A stretch of DNA of 64,000 nt, from assembly GCF_009914755.1 (NCBI RefSeq), contig NC_060935.1. The stretch is one strand, 5' to 3'. The notes beneath the pieces are model-generated. The model saw nothing but the letters and a program-made list of their open reading frames with translations, searched no databases and was not told the origin of the DNA. Positions 1 to 12,195 of this stretch are shown here, in pieces. The stretch comes from the human T2T-CHM13v2.0 reference genome, Homo sapiens. Every line of letters starts with the position of its first letter. The stretch's first letter is position 1. The position numbers and the translations under genes are program-made.

Positions 1-1190
1 TGATTGATAGTGTTGCTGAATTTTTCTATATCCTTGCTGATTTTCTGTCTAGCTGTCCCATTAATTATTGAGAGAGGGGTGTGGATTTGTCCAGTTCTCC
101 TTTTAACGTATCTATTTTTTGCTTCACATATTTTGCAGCTGTTATTTGGTGTGTACACATTTAGGGTTGATATTTCTTCTTGATGGATTGACCCTTTTAT
201 CATTTTGTCACATTGTTCTCTATCTCTGGTAATTTTCTTTGCCCTGAAATTTACCTTATCTGATGCTAATATAGCTACTCCCACTTTGATTGTTTGCATG
301 ATATATTTTTTCCATCCTTTCACTTTCAATCTGCCTATATTGTTAAATTTGAAGTGAGAATTTCTTACAGGTGGCATGTAGCTAGGTCATCATTTTCCTC
401 TACTCTGCCAATCTGTGTGTTTTAATTGGTGTATTTAGACCATTGACATTTAATGTAATTATTGATATGTTAAGGTTTAAGTCTACCATTTTGTATTTTC
501 TATTCTCATTTCTGTTTTCTCTTTCTTGCCTTCCTGTGAGTTATTTTAACTTTTTTGTTGAATCTCATTTTTATTTATCTAGTGTTTTTGAGTGTCTTTC
601 TGTATATTCTTTTTAGTGGTTGCTCTAGGTATTTCATTTAATATATACATAATATCGCATTCTCTGGGGTCATCATTTTACCAATTTGAATGCAGTGGAG
701 AAATTTTTACCATCCTCTATATCCCTTTACCTTCTCCCACTTATAATTGTCTTAAATATTTCCTCTACAAACATTTAGATAGATATCAGCAGATACAGGG
801 GAAGTACTTTTTTGTTTGTTTTGTTGGTGGTCTTTGGCTGGAGTCAAGCAGTTATTGTCCAAAAGCCTTCTGTCTTGCTAAGTTGCCCCATTCTTAGTCC
901 TTTATCTTAAGAAAGGTGGCTTTTCTTGGGACTTTTTTTTTTTTTTTGTCTGATGCCGTTAGCATTACTGGGTCACTGGCTTCCTCAGCTCTAGGTTTGG
1001 AATATATGAGGCAAAGGAAAACCCAGAAAATTTGCCAGCATGGTGCTCCTTAGATCACAAGGTTCCTAGTCATTCCACCTTTCTAAGTCTTCTTATGTTT
1101 GTTTTTTGTATAATGCCCAGGGGTTTTAGTTGCACTTTGTGGGAGGAAGAAGAGAAAGTACATTTACTCCATTTTCCTGGAAGCAGAAGC
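1..1190 (-). mobile_element. Old L1 (L1M-type) fragment, antisense, ORF2 5' part/upstream region
   Basis: T-rich text typical of antisense L1 (gatggattgacccttttatcatt, tctgatgctaatatagctactcc, tttagaccattgacatttaatgtaatt); no intact ORF; right boundary approximate. Confidence 0.8.
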
Positions 1191-2030
1191 CCTGATGCAT
1201 TTCTAAAGCTGGCCTCTTGTTCCACTTTCACAAAAGACATTTCCCTATGAAAGAGCGTTAGCATCCCACTGCTCTTCAAAATGGAAAACAAGTTTGCAGT
1301 AAGAGACAAGATGATCAGCAAGGTTTAAATCATCTCAATCTGCCTGCCAAGACACTAAAAATAGAGGGGCAAAAAGCTAGCTCAGTTTTCTAGAAATGCC
1401 TCAAGAAAATGAGATAATATGAACATTGATGATTTCCTTGATTCCTCATACAGACTTCAGGGGTATCATTCCTCAGCGATACGAGCTAGTGAGGACTTTA
1501 CCCCTGGGGATGCATCTGTCTCAATCCATTATATACCACTGCCAGTCTACACCAATCATTCCCAAATTTTATAGTGCAACCAAAGTACCTGGGGAATGGT
1601 TATTAAAATACAGCTTCTGCAGTGGTACCTCTGGGGAAAGCAGAGCAGTGCTGGGTGTGTATATAGCCATTTGGGAACCCCAGTGTACGTCCAGACCAAG
1701 GCAAGTCCCCCTGAAACTGCCTCTTTAAAAATTATACAGCATTGTTTTGGTTATTGGGGTTGTAATAAGTACTTGGCTCATAGAAAAGTCACTTCTTATA
1801 AAATAATAATGGCAGCATTTTGCACAGCTAAAAAGTGCAGATTCTAGGCCTCAATCTGTAGGTCTTAGGTGGGCCAAGGAACCACTTAGCCTCTTGGTCT
1901 TGAGTAAGCTCAGCTGTGTACTGGTCAACACTAGAATTCACTGAGAGATCTGTAAAATTACAAGTAATAAAAATGCATATTAAGATAGAACTTATCAGAT
2001 TCCCAATAACAAAAAGACATTTTAAAGTCA

Positions 2031-2471
<441 letters not shown>

Positions 2472-2868
2472 CTATTTCAGACATTTTAAGGTTACTGTAG
2501 AGTCACTATCTAGGAATCTACATGGCTAAAATCTGCTTGCTCTGCTATCCCCCCAACCCCTACAGCCACGCACACATCCTCCACTGATCTCAAACTTCTC
2601 AGGCACTTCATCTCCTTCCTTCAATGATCTCACCTCCCTTTCCTAGGCAAAATGCACACTGCAAGACAGGACATACTTCACCTTCCAGCATCAAACTTTC
2701 ATCCACGGCTGCTCTGGCCATGTGTGTGAATTAGAAAGAGGCACTCTTTCCTCAAGGGTCTTTACTATCATTTGCCAGGAAACAGTCAAGGCCACTCTTC
2801 AGTTTGTCCATGGGCTGATCAACATAAAAAATCCCTGGCTCCTTCTCATCAATATTTAAACAAGCTTT

Positions 2869-3177
2869 GGCTGGGTGTGGTGGCTCGTGCCTGTAATCCC
2901 AGCACTTTGGGAGGCCAAGGTGGGAGCAACTGAGGTCAGGAGTTTGAGACCAGCCTGGCAAACATGGTGAAACCCCATCTCTACTAAAAATACAAAAATT
3001 AGCCTAGCGTGGTGGCGCGTGCCTGCAATCAGAGCTACTCAGGAGGCTAAAGTAGGAGAATCATTTGAACCCCAGTGGCAGAGGTTGCAGTGAGCCAATA
3101 TTACACCAATGCACTCCAGCCTCGGCAACAGAGTGAGACTACATCTCAAGAAAACAAAACAAAACAAAAACCCCCCA
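2869..3177 (+). mobile_element. AluS, full length
   Basis: Both Alu arms, (AAAAC)n tail, TSD AAACAAGCTT at 2858-2867 and 3178-3187. Confidence 0.97.
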
Positions 3178-3199
3178 AAACAAGCTTATGTTTCTCCAA

Positions 3200-3900
3200 T
3201 CTTAAAAAATAATAATTAAAAATCATCATTTTCCTTTCAGAATCACTCTCATTTCTTCACAGACAACTTCTTGGAAGATTTGCCTATGTTCATTTATCTC
3301 CATTTTCTCACCATCACCCTCACTTATTCCTCAACTCACCACAAGCTGACCTTCTCCAGCCATTCCAAGGAATCTGCTCCAGGTAACAACAAAGTCTGCT
3401 CAGTCATCTCACTAATTTATCAGCAAAACTGACCTAATTACTCTTCCTGAAGTGCTCTTCCCTTGCTCCCTGCAATGCCGCATTTCCCTGGTTCCTCTCC
3501 TAGGGCTGCCTGCTCATCTTCCCTTTCTTTAGTAGAAGAGCTCTTGACACTCTGTCCTGCGCCTCTTTCCCAAAGGGTATTCTCTCCACCAGGCAATTTC
3601 TTCTAAGCTCCTGCTCTAGCACCATTCATATACAAGAATCTAAGGCACAGATTTCTAGCTCAGGCCTGTCATCTAAAAAATCAAACCAGGCACATCCATT
3701 GGCCTGTTGAGTTTCTCCCCTAGAAGACCTTCAAGGCTTAATATATGTAAAACCAAACTTCCCACACATCAGCTTCTTCTCCTGTGGTTCCCTTTTAGTA
3801 TGTGATGGCCCAACATTCTCCCAGCTATCAGCCCAGAAGCCTGGCAGTCACCCCAACTCTGCAAATTTCACACACCCAATCCACCACCACCACTGCCGCC
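3200..3900 (+). mobile_element. L2 relic (probably continues at about 2560-2860, split by the Alu)
   Basis: C-rich L2-like phrases (aaaccaaacttccc, cccagaagcctggcagtcacc); heavily diverged. Confidence 0.55.
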
Positions 3901-4055
3901 ACCTGCTTCCCAATGATCTCTCTCTCTCCCTCCCTCCCTCCTGTATTCTTCAGCTGTGGCCTGAGTCCAAGTAACCAAAGTCAAGAAAAGCAGGGCCATG
4001 TACTCTGTACTCACCAGCCTGGTGCTTGAAACCCTCAACTATTGTAAAGTGGTTA

Positions 4056-4689
4056 TGTTAATGAAAAGGGGTCCCCATCCAGACCCCAAGAGAGGATTCT
4101 TAGACTTTAAGCAACGAAGAATTTGGGGCAAGTTCAAAGAGTAAAGTGAAAGCAAGTTTATTAAAAAAGTAAAGGAATAAACGATTGGCTACACCATAGG
4201 CAGAACAGCGGCATGGGCTGTTCAACTGTGTATACGTTATTTATTGATTATACACTAAACAAGGGGTAGATTAGTCAAGAGTATTCTGGGGAAAGGAGTG
4301 GCAATTCCCAGAACTGAGGGTTCCACCCTCGCCTTCAGATCATATAGAGTAACTTCCTAACATCGCCATGGCATTTGTAAATGCTCATGGTGCTGGTGGG
4401 AGAGTCTTTCAGCAAGCTAATGTATTATAATTAGCATATGATGAGCAGTGGGGACAACCAGAGTTCACTTTCATTGCCAATCTTGGTTTTGGTGGATTTT
4501 GGCCGGCTTCTTTAAGTATCCTGTTTTACCAGCAGGGTCTTTGTGACCTGTATCTTGTGCTGACCTCCCTGTCTCATCCTGTGACTTAGAATGCCTAACC
4601 TCCTGGGAATGCATCCCAGCAGGTCTCCACCTTCTTTTATGCAGCCCCTATTCAAGATGGAGTCCCTCTGGTTCAAACGCCTCTTGACA
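4056..4689 (-). mobile_element. MER41B-like solo LTR (ERV1)
   Basis: Reverse complement begins TGTCAAGAGGCGTTTGAACCAGAGGGACTCCATCTTGAATAGGGGCTG, matching the recalled MER41 consensus; TG...CA ends; flanks gtta/gttc resemble a 4-bp TSD. Confidence 0.9.
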
Positions 4690-4779
4690 GTTCATCTTTT
4701 CAGTGTTTCCGGCTAGGAAATTTAAATGTTTGTCCATCTATTCACTGGGCTCTGAAGCACTCATTTAGTACACTGAGAA

Positions 4780-5300
4780 AGGAGAGGGAGGGGGGATGGG
4801 AGGAGGGGAGGAGCAGAGAAAGGAGAGGAGGCGGAGACGGTTAGTCTAGCCTCTCTGTGGGGCCTCTCTGCTGGTACCCAGATGCTGAGCGCTGAAATTC
4901 TCATCCGCCACACACAACATGGCGGCTTCCTGGACCCGCGCCCAATTTTCGCTTCCGGGATGGAAGCTACGTCATTTCCCCCTCTGTTGCCCTAGCGCCC
5001 CTTGGAAGCCAAGAATATGAGGAAGTCTTCTTCCTTCGCGCCTTCTTCTTCCTTACGCTCCAGGGCAGCCTGACAGAGCCGCTCGAAGGCTCTGCTGGCC
5101 GCGGCTAGCCGGTGAGGAGGGTGGGGGGAGGGGCCGTCCCGCGTGTGGGGGAGTCTGAAGGCGACCAACGAGAGGGAGGGCCGGAGCGGGGAGGTGGCTC
5201 GGAGGCATGTCCAGTAAATTGGGGATGAAAATCCTCCCAGGAACCCGATTATTAATGGGTTGAGGGAAGTGGCAGGTGCAGCGGTTGCGCAAAGACAATG
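4780..5300 (+). promoter_or_regulatory. CpG-rich promoter / first exon
   Basis: Local CpG enrichment; YY1 CAACATGGCGGC 4915-4926, CCAAT 4942-4946, ETS CTTCCGG 4952-4958 and GGAAGT 5021-5026, CRE half-site TACGTCA 4968-4974, pyrimidine tracts 5026-5037 and 5041-5054. Confidence 0.85.
5026..5111 (+). ncRNA. Putative first exon of a + strand lncRNA (start site approximate)
   Basis: Donor CCG|GTGAGG (GT at 5112-5113) followed by G-runs; no long ORF crosses the donor. Confidence 0.55.
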
Positions 5301-6619
5301 ATGCTTAGTAGCCAGGACTTCATGGCCACAAAATTTGTGTGTAGAGAGGGCCACAGCAGCCTGAAAACCATTTTCGTCCCCTTTTAGGTTTACCCATTCC
5401 ACTGGACCCAGCCACCACCCACTCCTGCTGTCTGGTAAACTTTCCTCCTGTTTCTGGGGCCATGTCTGGCATGAAGAGTTTTTACTGAATAGTTTTCATT
5501 GATCGCAGGCCAGTTCTCTCTTCTCACCCCTTTATTGAAGTGACAGTGAAAATCTAAGTGAGAAAGCACTGTTACAGGGGCTGAAAAGGCTACAGGAGAC
5601 CAGAGCCATTGACTTTTATTTTTAAAATGAAGATCTCTTTTACTTGAAGGAACTTAAGAATTTTGGCATTCAAATAGGGGCTGGAAGACTTGAAAGCAGT
5701 AGAAATTTCACCACAGGTGATAGGAAAGGATGATCACGAAATGAATATCTCCTGACTTGCACACCTAGTGAGCAGAGCCAGGAAGGACCTCCTTCACCTT
5801 AGCATTTGGAACAGGCTGCAAAGTTCATTCTTCCTCATAGCAGCCCCTGCATTCAGTTTGGTTTAGTTGTTTTATGTGGTTTCTAGCCTGATTTTTTTTT
5901 TTCAGGGTGCAGCAGAAGTCTCAGGTAGCTGAGAAGTTCATGGAATCTTCTTATTTGCTACACCTTTCACTACTGCTTGTGATATAGTGCAGGGTTGGGA
6001 TGTGCAGACATTTCTCAAGTGCACTGTGTACCTACACAGCATGCTGCAATTTGGCTACTGAAGTCAAGAGAAACTGGTTTGAACAACTACTGAGTGTAAC
6101 ATAGGAAGCGCATTTCATTTGATAACAGGAACACAGCTTTTGTGCTAATAAAATGCTTTGAAAATTAGTGTGTGGTCTTTAGTAATTAGCATATACATTT
6201 TAGTTATCCATTGGTTCATAACAAACGGACTAAATAGGTACCCCACTGAGTCATTTATCTAAATGAAAAGTTTGGTTAAATTGTAGTCGTAGGCATTGAT
6301 CAAAGCTAATGGGAAAAAGAGATTAAGATGAAAATCATGGGATTAAATTTTTAATTAGTTTGCCCCTTGGACCGTTGCTTGGTATGACATGGAGATTGAT
6401 TGGCTACTTATGCCTGCCTGGGAAGATATGGCTCTGCTACCAAACCTCTGAACGTAAGAGTGTTTTGCAAAAAAACTGAATATTTTATTCAGTAATTTTT
6501 CACTTTATTCCTGCTTAACAAGGAATTGAAAAGGAAGGCAAGGTCTTGGATCTCATAGTTCTTGGTATAGTGATAGATATAAAGTATGAGATGGGGGCTT
6601 CAGTGGGTTCATTAATAAA

Positions 6620-7510
6620 TATCTCAAATTAACATGTCTAAGTCAAACTCTTCCTTTCCTGCCCCCAATCTCTTCCTCTCCCAGGGCTCCTTATGTCAAC
6701 TAATGGTGCCATCATTAGTGCACTCAAAGCAAAAACCTGGGAACAATCTTGATTCCCTCTTTCATTCCCCACAGCTCACCCATCAACAAATTCGATCCGC
6801 TTTTATTCTAAAATATATCCTAAATCCATTCACTGTTCTTATCTCCACCACCCTAACCCAGGCATCATCATCCTTTACCTGGTTAACTGCAAGATCCTTT
6901 TCATTTAACTTCCCTGCTTCTAATCTTCTGACCCATTTTCACCATCCCAGTCCATTCACCACACAGTAGCAGCCAAAATATTTGTTTAAAATGTAAGTTA
7001 GATTCTATCACTTTTGTGTTTAGAATTATTGTCTTCCCCCACTAATTACTGTGCCCTATGTGATCTGGACTCAATCTGGTACCACTCCCTACCCCTTCAC
7101 TCACTATAATCCAGACATACTATCTTTCTTTCTTCAACCTGCCAAGTTTTATCCTGCCTTAGGGTCCTTGCACTAGCTGTTCCCTTTGCTGGAACCCTCT
7201 TCACCCAGTTATTGCAGAGCTGGCCCTCTCTTGTTTAGAGCTGAATTTCAATGTGACCTCTTCAAATAAGTCCTCCCTTGACCACCCAAACTCATGTACC
7301 CCCTTGTTACTCTCTGTCACGTCATCCTGATTCAGTTTCACCACAACACTCATCATTACTGCTATTTTCTTGTATCTTCCTTTGTTTATTGACTGTCTCC
7401 TCCCATTAATATGTAAGCTCCCTGAAAATAAACATCTTGTCTATATTGTATGACTGTATCCCCAGAACTTCAAATAGTCTGTGACATATGAATGAATGAA
7501 TGAATGAATG
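6620..7510 (+). mobile_element. L2a 3' segment
   Basis: aaacctgggaacaatcttgattcc, atgtaagctccctga, terminal (TGAA)n tail at 7488-7510. Confidence 0.85.
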
Positions 7511-8629
7511 TACGAATGGATTCTGCTTCCCCAAAGCTGCTGCCATCTCATCTCAGGTACATTGAAACAGGAAGGCTGGTAAAGGCCAGGGGGTCAAATG
7601 CTACATAGAGTGGAGCCTGAAGCACAAGATGTGGGCAAAGACACAGTGGAGAGGGGCAAGAAAAGCATTTGGGATGGAGGGCAGAGGGTCTGGGAAGGAA
7701 CATGGAAATGATATAGAACAACTCTACAGATATGTCCTAGACATCTTAAGACTTGTACAAGCATGCGTGTGCCCGCACATACACACATACCAGCTTGAAG
7801 AATCTTGTCTCAGCACATGCTCTGTACTTGAGTCTTAGAGAACACTTTTCTTGGTAGAGATGTTTAGGCTTCAGCATTAAGGAGTCTGATTCAGAGGTCT
7901 AGGTAGGGCCCATGTGTCTGTGACTGCATAATACTTGTAAACTGGTCTCATTCTTGGTCAGGACAATAAGGCTGCAGTAAATCATAGCAGCTGGGAGAAA
8001 GTAGTGTGGTATCCTGCAGTGGTTCTGTTCACCACCACATGGGCAGAGCATGAGCAACTTTCCTTTCCTGGGCCCTCGTTCTGCTCAGATACAAAGTGAA
8101 GGCTTACTTGGGCTCCTGTGCAACTTTAAAAGTGAAACTTAACTGAAATTGGGCAGGTGGGCTGCACTTCTTCTAAAAAGTAAGAGGCCCACTTTTTAGA
8201 AAATATTAAACCTTGGATTACACCTCAGTTTGGCAGTTACATGACACATTATTTCTAAAGAGCCATCTAATTTTATGCCATCTAATGTTTATATTGATAA
8301 CTGATGAAAATACAGGAGCTTATTATGCCACTGAAACTACGATGAAGTGGCTCAAATTTATTCTCTCACTGTAGGTTGGATTTGAGGGGATAAGGATAAG
8401 AGAGAAAATACTATTGGTGCTCAGGTTAAAAAAAGAAAAAGAAAAAAATGGAGCTTAGACTTTAATCTTTTCATAAATCTTCCTCATCCCCAATTGTTCA
8501 GCCAAATTCAGAAGGATTAGCTTTCCATCTTCCATGAACCTTTTGGTTGGATCTTTTGTCAATCTTTTTCCCCTTTGAGGCTACCTCGATGTTTAACAAA
8601 AAAAAAAAAAAAAGAACTACAAACTTCAT

Positions 8630-9000
8630 TCAGATCCAGTTCAGGGTCCTACATAGCATTTAGTTTTTATGTCTTCTCCAATCTGTGATGGTTCCTCATT
8701 ATTTCCTTGTCTTTCGTGACCTTAACACTTTTTAAGAGTACTGCTCAGTTATTTTTTAGATTGTTACTCAGTTTGGATTTGTCCAGTATTTTCTCATGAT
8801 TAGACTGGGGTTTTGAAGTTTCTCCATGCATCATACTGGAGTACATAATATCAATATGTCTTATTATTGGTGCTGTTAATAAGACACATTGCTGTCGATG
8901 ACATCTGATCACTGATTAAGGTGGCATCTGTCTGTTTTTTCCACTGCAAAGAGGAGAATTCCATTTGTGTTAATATATATTTGGAGAGAGATGCTGTGAG
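8630..9000 (-). mobile_element. L1MC-like 3' fragment
   Basis: aagagtactgctcagttatttt...tttggatttgtcc...tgatcactgattaaggtggc resembles antisense L1MC4/5 3' UTR. Confidence 0.7.
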
Positions 9001-9237
9001 GTTACCTTGGCCTTATTTGTAACCAGATTTTCCTTACATGTGTGTTGGGATGGAGAGGTGATGGGAGGTGGGATGGGGTGGACTGTGTGATCTGTTCAGT
9101 CTGTACATCCCAAGTACAGATCAGAGCTTGCTATGATTATGCTGCACAAAGAGGTGAAGAAACCTTTGCACTATAATAAATAGCTGGGGCTACATCTTGA
9201 TATGCATAAACGAAAATGTGATATGGCATGTTTTTAT

Positions 9238-9273
9238 TGTGTGTGTGTATGTGTGTGTGTGTGGAGGTGTGTG
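9238..9273. repeat. Interrupted (TG)n microsatellite
   Basis: Direct reading. Confidence 0.9.
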
Positions 9274-9329
9274 TTGTTCATTGAATCGAGTTCTTCTTAT
9301 CCATGAGTTCATTATTTCTTAATAAAGGG

Positions 9330-9530
9330 TAACATTTTTTGAGTGTCTACAATGTTCCAAGCACTGTACTAGGCTCTGCATCTCTTATCTCAGTTCAACA
9401 CTGTAAAGTGGACATCATTAGATGTTTTACAGATAAGGATACCAAGGCTCATGGAAGTAAGTTACTCAAAGGCAAGTGGCAGAACTGAAACTTGAACCCA
9501 GGCTCGTCTGACTCAGAAGTTTGTGCTACT
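9330..9530 (-). mobile_element. MIR
   Basis: ttttacagataagga...gaacccaggctcgtctgactc, antisense MIR core. Confidence 0.75.
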
Positions 9531-10889
9531 TCCAAAGCACCAAGCTTGCTTTCCTACTGTGCGCCAGGCCCTGCAGTTAGTGCTAGGATGCAGAAGTATG
9601 AGATAGTGTTCAAGAAGCTCACACCTACCGCACAGGGACCTTGGGAAGAAGCACCGAGGGCCTGGGGAGGAACATTTATTATGGGCATCATCCTTGTTTT
9701 CTCAGTGACAATCCCTTGTCTTGAAAATCACTGAAATGTTTTTTTCTCGGGCCTTTAATGAGTCAGGGTAGATTTGCAGGTTGCCCTCAGCTACAAGTAG
9801 CTGAACAGAGGAGGGAACTAATAGCGATGCAATGCCTGCTCTGCTTGTCACTGACTGTTATCCATCTCAGCCCCGCCATGAATGAGTATATTATTATCTC
9901 CACTAAGTACGTGAGATATCCAAGGCCCAAAGAAGCTAAATAATATCATCCCTAAAGTCACCAGCTAGTAAATGGCTAGCCAGGAGTTTGATCCCAGATC
10001 TAACTGATTCCACAGCCAGTGTCCAATCTCAGTGCCCCTTGATATGCCAGGGGTACAGATTCCAGCATCCTTGCTGCAACATGGCTATGCATCCACTACC
10101 TTCTCATTTGTAGAAGGGGTGGCCATGTTTACATAGTGCCTGATGGACATTGACAACAGTTCATTTGTACCAAGCATTTTTTTGCTCAAGCCAAAGGATC
10201 TTTGGGCAGCTTTTGCTTTTTTTTTTTTTTCACCCCCTCCCCCCAACAGTCAGTCCATACCAACAGAGCAAATGGAAAGTGATGATTCTGAGTCATTTGT
10301 GACATATAAAATGCTACTGTGTAAACAAATGTGCTTCCCTAAGAGAGATGGCATACGGCAAGTCAGGTCTCTTTGTCCCCAGCTTTTGATGAGAGGATTT
10401 AGTTCCTCATAGAGGCAATGCTTAATAAATAGCATTTGATGTGGCTGCTGATAGTTTGTGGACTTCCAGTCTCCAGGCATTTGCTGAACTGTGTAGTGAA
10501 GAAGGGGGACAGAAAAAAATCCTTCATTCCCCTGCCTGTCCCATTTGGCAGCTCCCTAGATTCTCTCAGATCAACGTCCTTTCTATTCTTTGCTATTTTT
10601 GAAAATTTGAAAGCAAGGTGAGGTCGCTGCATTGGAGTAGTTGGAAAAGAAAAGGAGACTAATGATTAGCAGGCCCAGGGATTAGGATGGGGAGAGCAGG
10701 TGGCAATCTGGTTTATTAAAATTACTCCATTTGGTTCCTACCATATAGAACCGAGGTTCACTGATTATCTTGATTCTGCTGCCATTGTCCTGCTACAGGC
10801 AGTGAGAATGAATGACCAAAAGGTGAGATTAGCAGTAGATGGAAAGAAAAATGGGGTAAAAGGAATTGGAAGTTGTTTTTGATTTCCCT

Positions 10890-11345
10890 CTCTTAGTTTG
10901 GATTCTCCCAGACCAGATCCAGAGGCAAGGATTCAAGCGTAAGCAATTTATTTGGGAGGTTCAGGAACCGTTGGCAGGGAATTGAGAACAAGCTGGGAAG
11001 GGAGAAAGGCCAATAAAGGATTGCTACTCCCGTGGAAGACTGGAGCTCAATTCCACTGGTGAATCCTGGGAATGGTGGTGTAGGACACACAGGTCAGAAT
11101 GATCTGTCTTCCCACTCCCACTCAGGGAAGGGAGCTGAGGTATTTATACACCAACTTGTGAGTGTAGGTTATTAACAGCTGCTCCCATGTGGTGTGCTGG
11201 GCACACAGGCAGAGTGGTTCTCTCCAGTTTAGGAGAAAACCCGCAGGCAAAAAGATGCAAATGCTACAGTTGAAAGTAAACCAGTGTGCACTGATGTGGT
11301 AAAGCCAAAGGGATATGGGCTGGGTATCAACAGCATCTGCTATGT
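10890..11345 (-). mobile_element. LTR16-family solo LTR (ERVL)
   Basis: Ends gggatatgggctgggtatcaacagcatctgcta (reverse of the LTR16 5' end); gaggcaaggattcaagcgtaagcaatttatttgggagg. Confidence 0.75.
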
Positions 11346-11379
11346 CCCTTTAAAACAAAACAAAACACCCACTCCTCCC

Positions 11380-12195
11380 CCCGTATTTCCATATCACTAA
11401 ATAGCACCAACATTTACTCAGTTTCTTATGCCAGAAGACCTTAGAATCTTCCTTGATGCTTTTCTGCTCTTGCCTCACATTCAGTCATGAACTCCATCTT
11501 AAAAATACACCTCGAATTGTACTGCTTCTCATCATCCCCGCCATCATCTTTCACGGGGTCTCTGCAACAGCATCTTAGCTCAAATTCGTATTTACACTTG
11601 TTCCCCTGACATGGTAGCCAGAGTGATTTTTTAAAACCTGAATCAGATCATTTTACCCCACCCCACCAGCTCAAAACTATCCAGTGGCCCCTCATCACTC
11701 TTAGAATACAATCAGAAGCCTTTACCATGCCCCAAAAGACCCTACATGATCTAGCCTGACTTCATCCCTGACTTCACTTTCTATCTGTTCTCCTCTTTGC
11801 TCACAGTGCTCCTGCTAGATGGCTTTTCTTGCGCATTCCTGCCTCAGGGCCTTTGCATTTGCTCTTTCAACATAGAACACTACTCCAAATACTCATCTCA
11901 CTCAATCCTCTCAATTACTCAGTCATCTGCTCAAATATCACCTCTTTAGGGAAGACTTTTCTTAATACTCTATCTAGAAAAGAGCCTTTTGTCACTCTAT
12001 TCCTTAATCTGTCTTATTAATTTTTCCATAGCAGTGATCATGACCTGAATAATATTAGTTTCTATTTTATTTGTCTGTTGCCTGTCTCTTGCATTAGAAT
12101 GTAAGTACCATGAGTGCAAGGACCTTGATTCTCTGCATTGCTCCCAGCTCCTAAAAGAGGGTGACACATAGTAGGTATTGATTGAATGAATGGAT
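11380..12195 (+). mobile_element. L2 3' segment
   Basis: cctcagggcctttgcatttgct, tagaatgtaagtaccatgag, cacatagtaggtattgattgaatgaatg tail. Confidence 0.85.
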
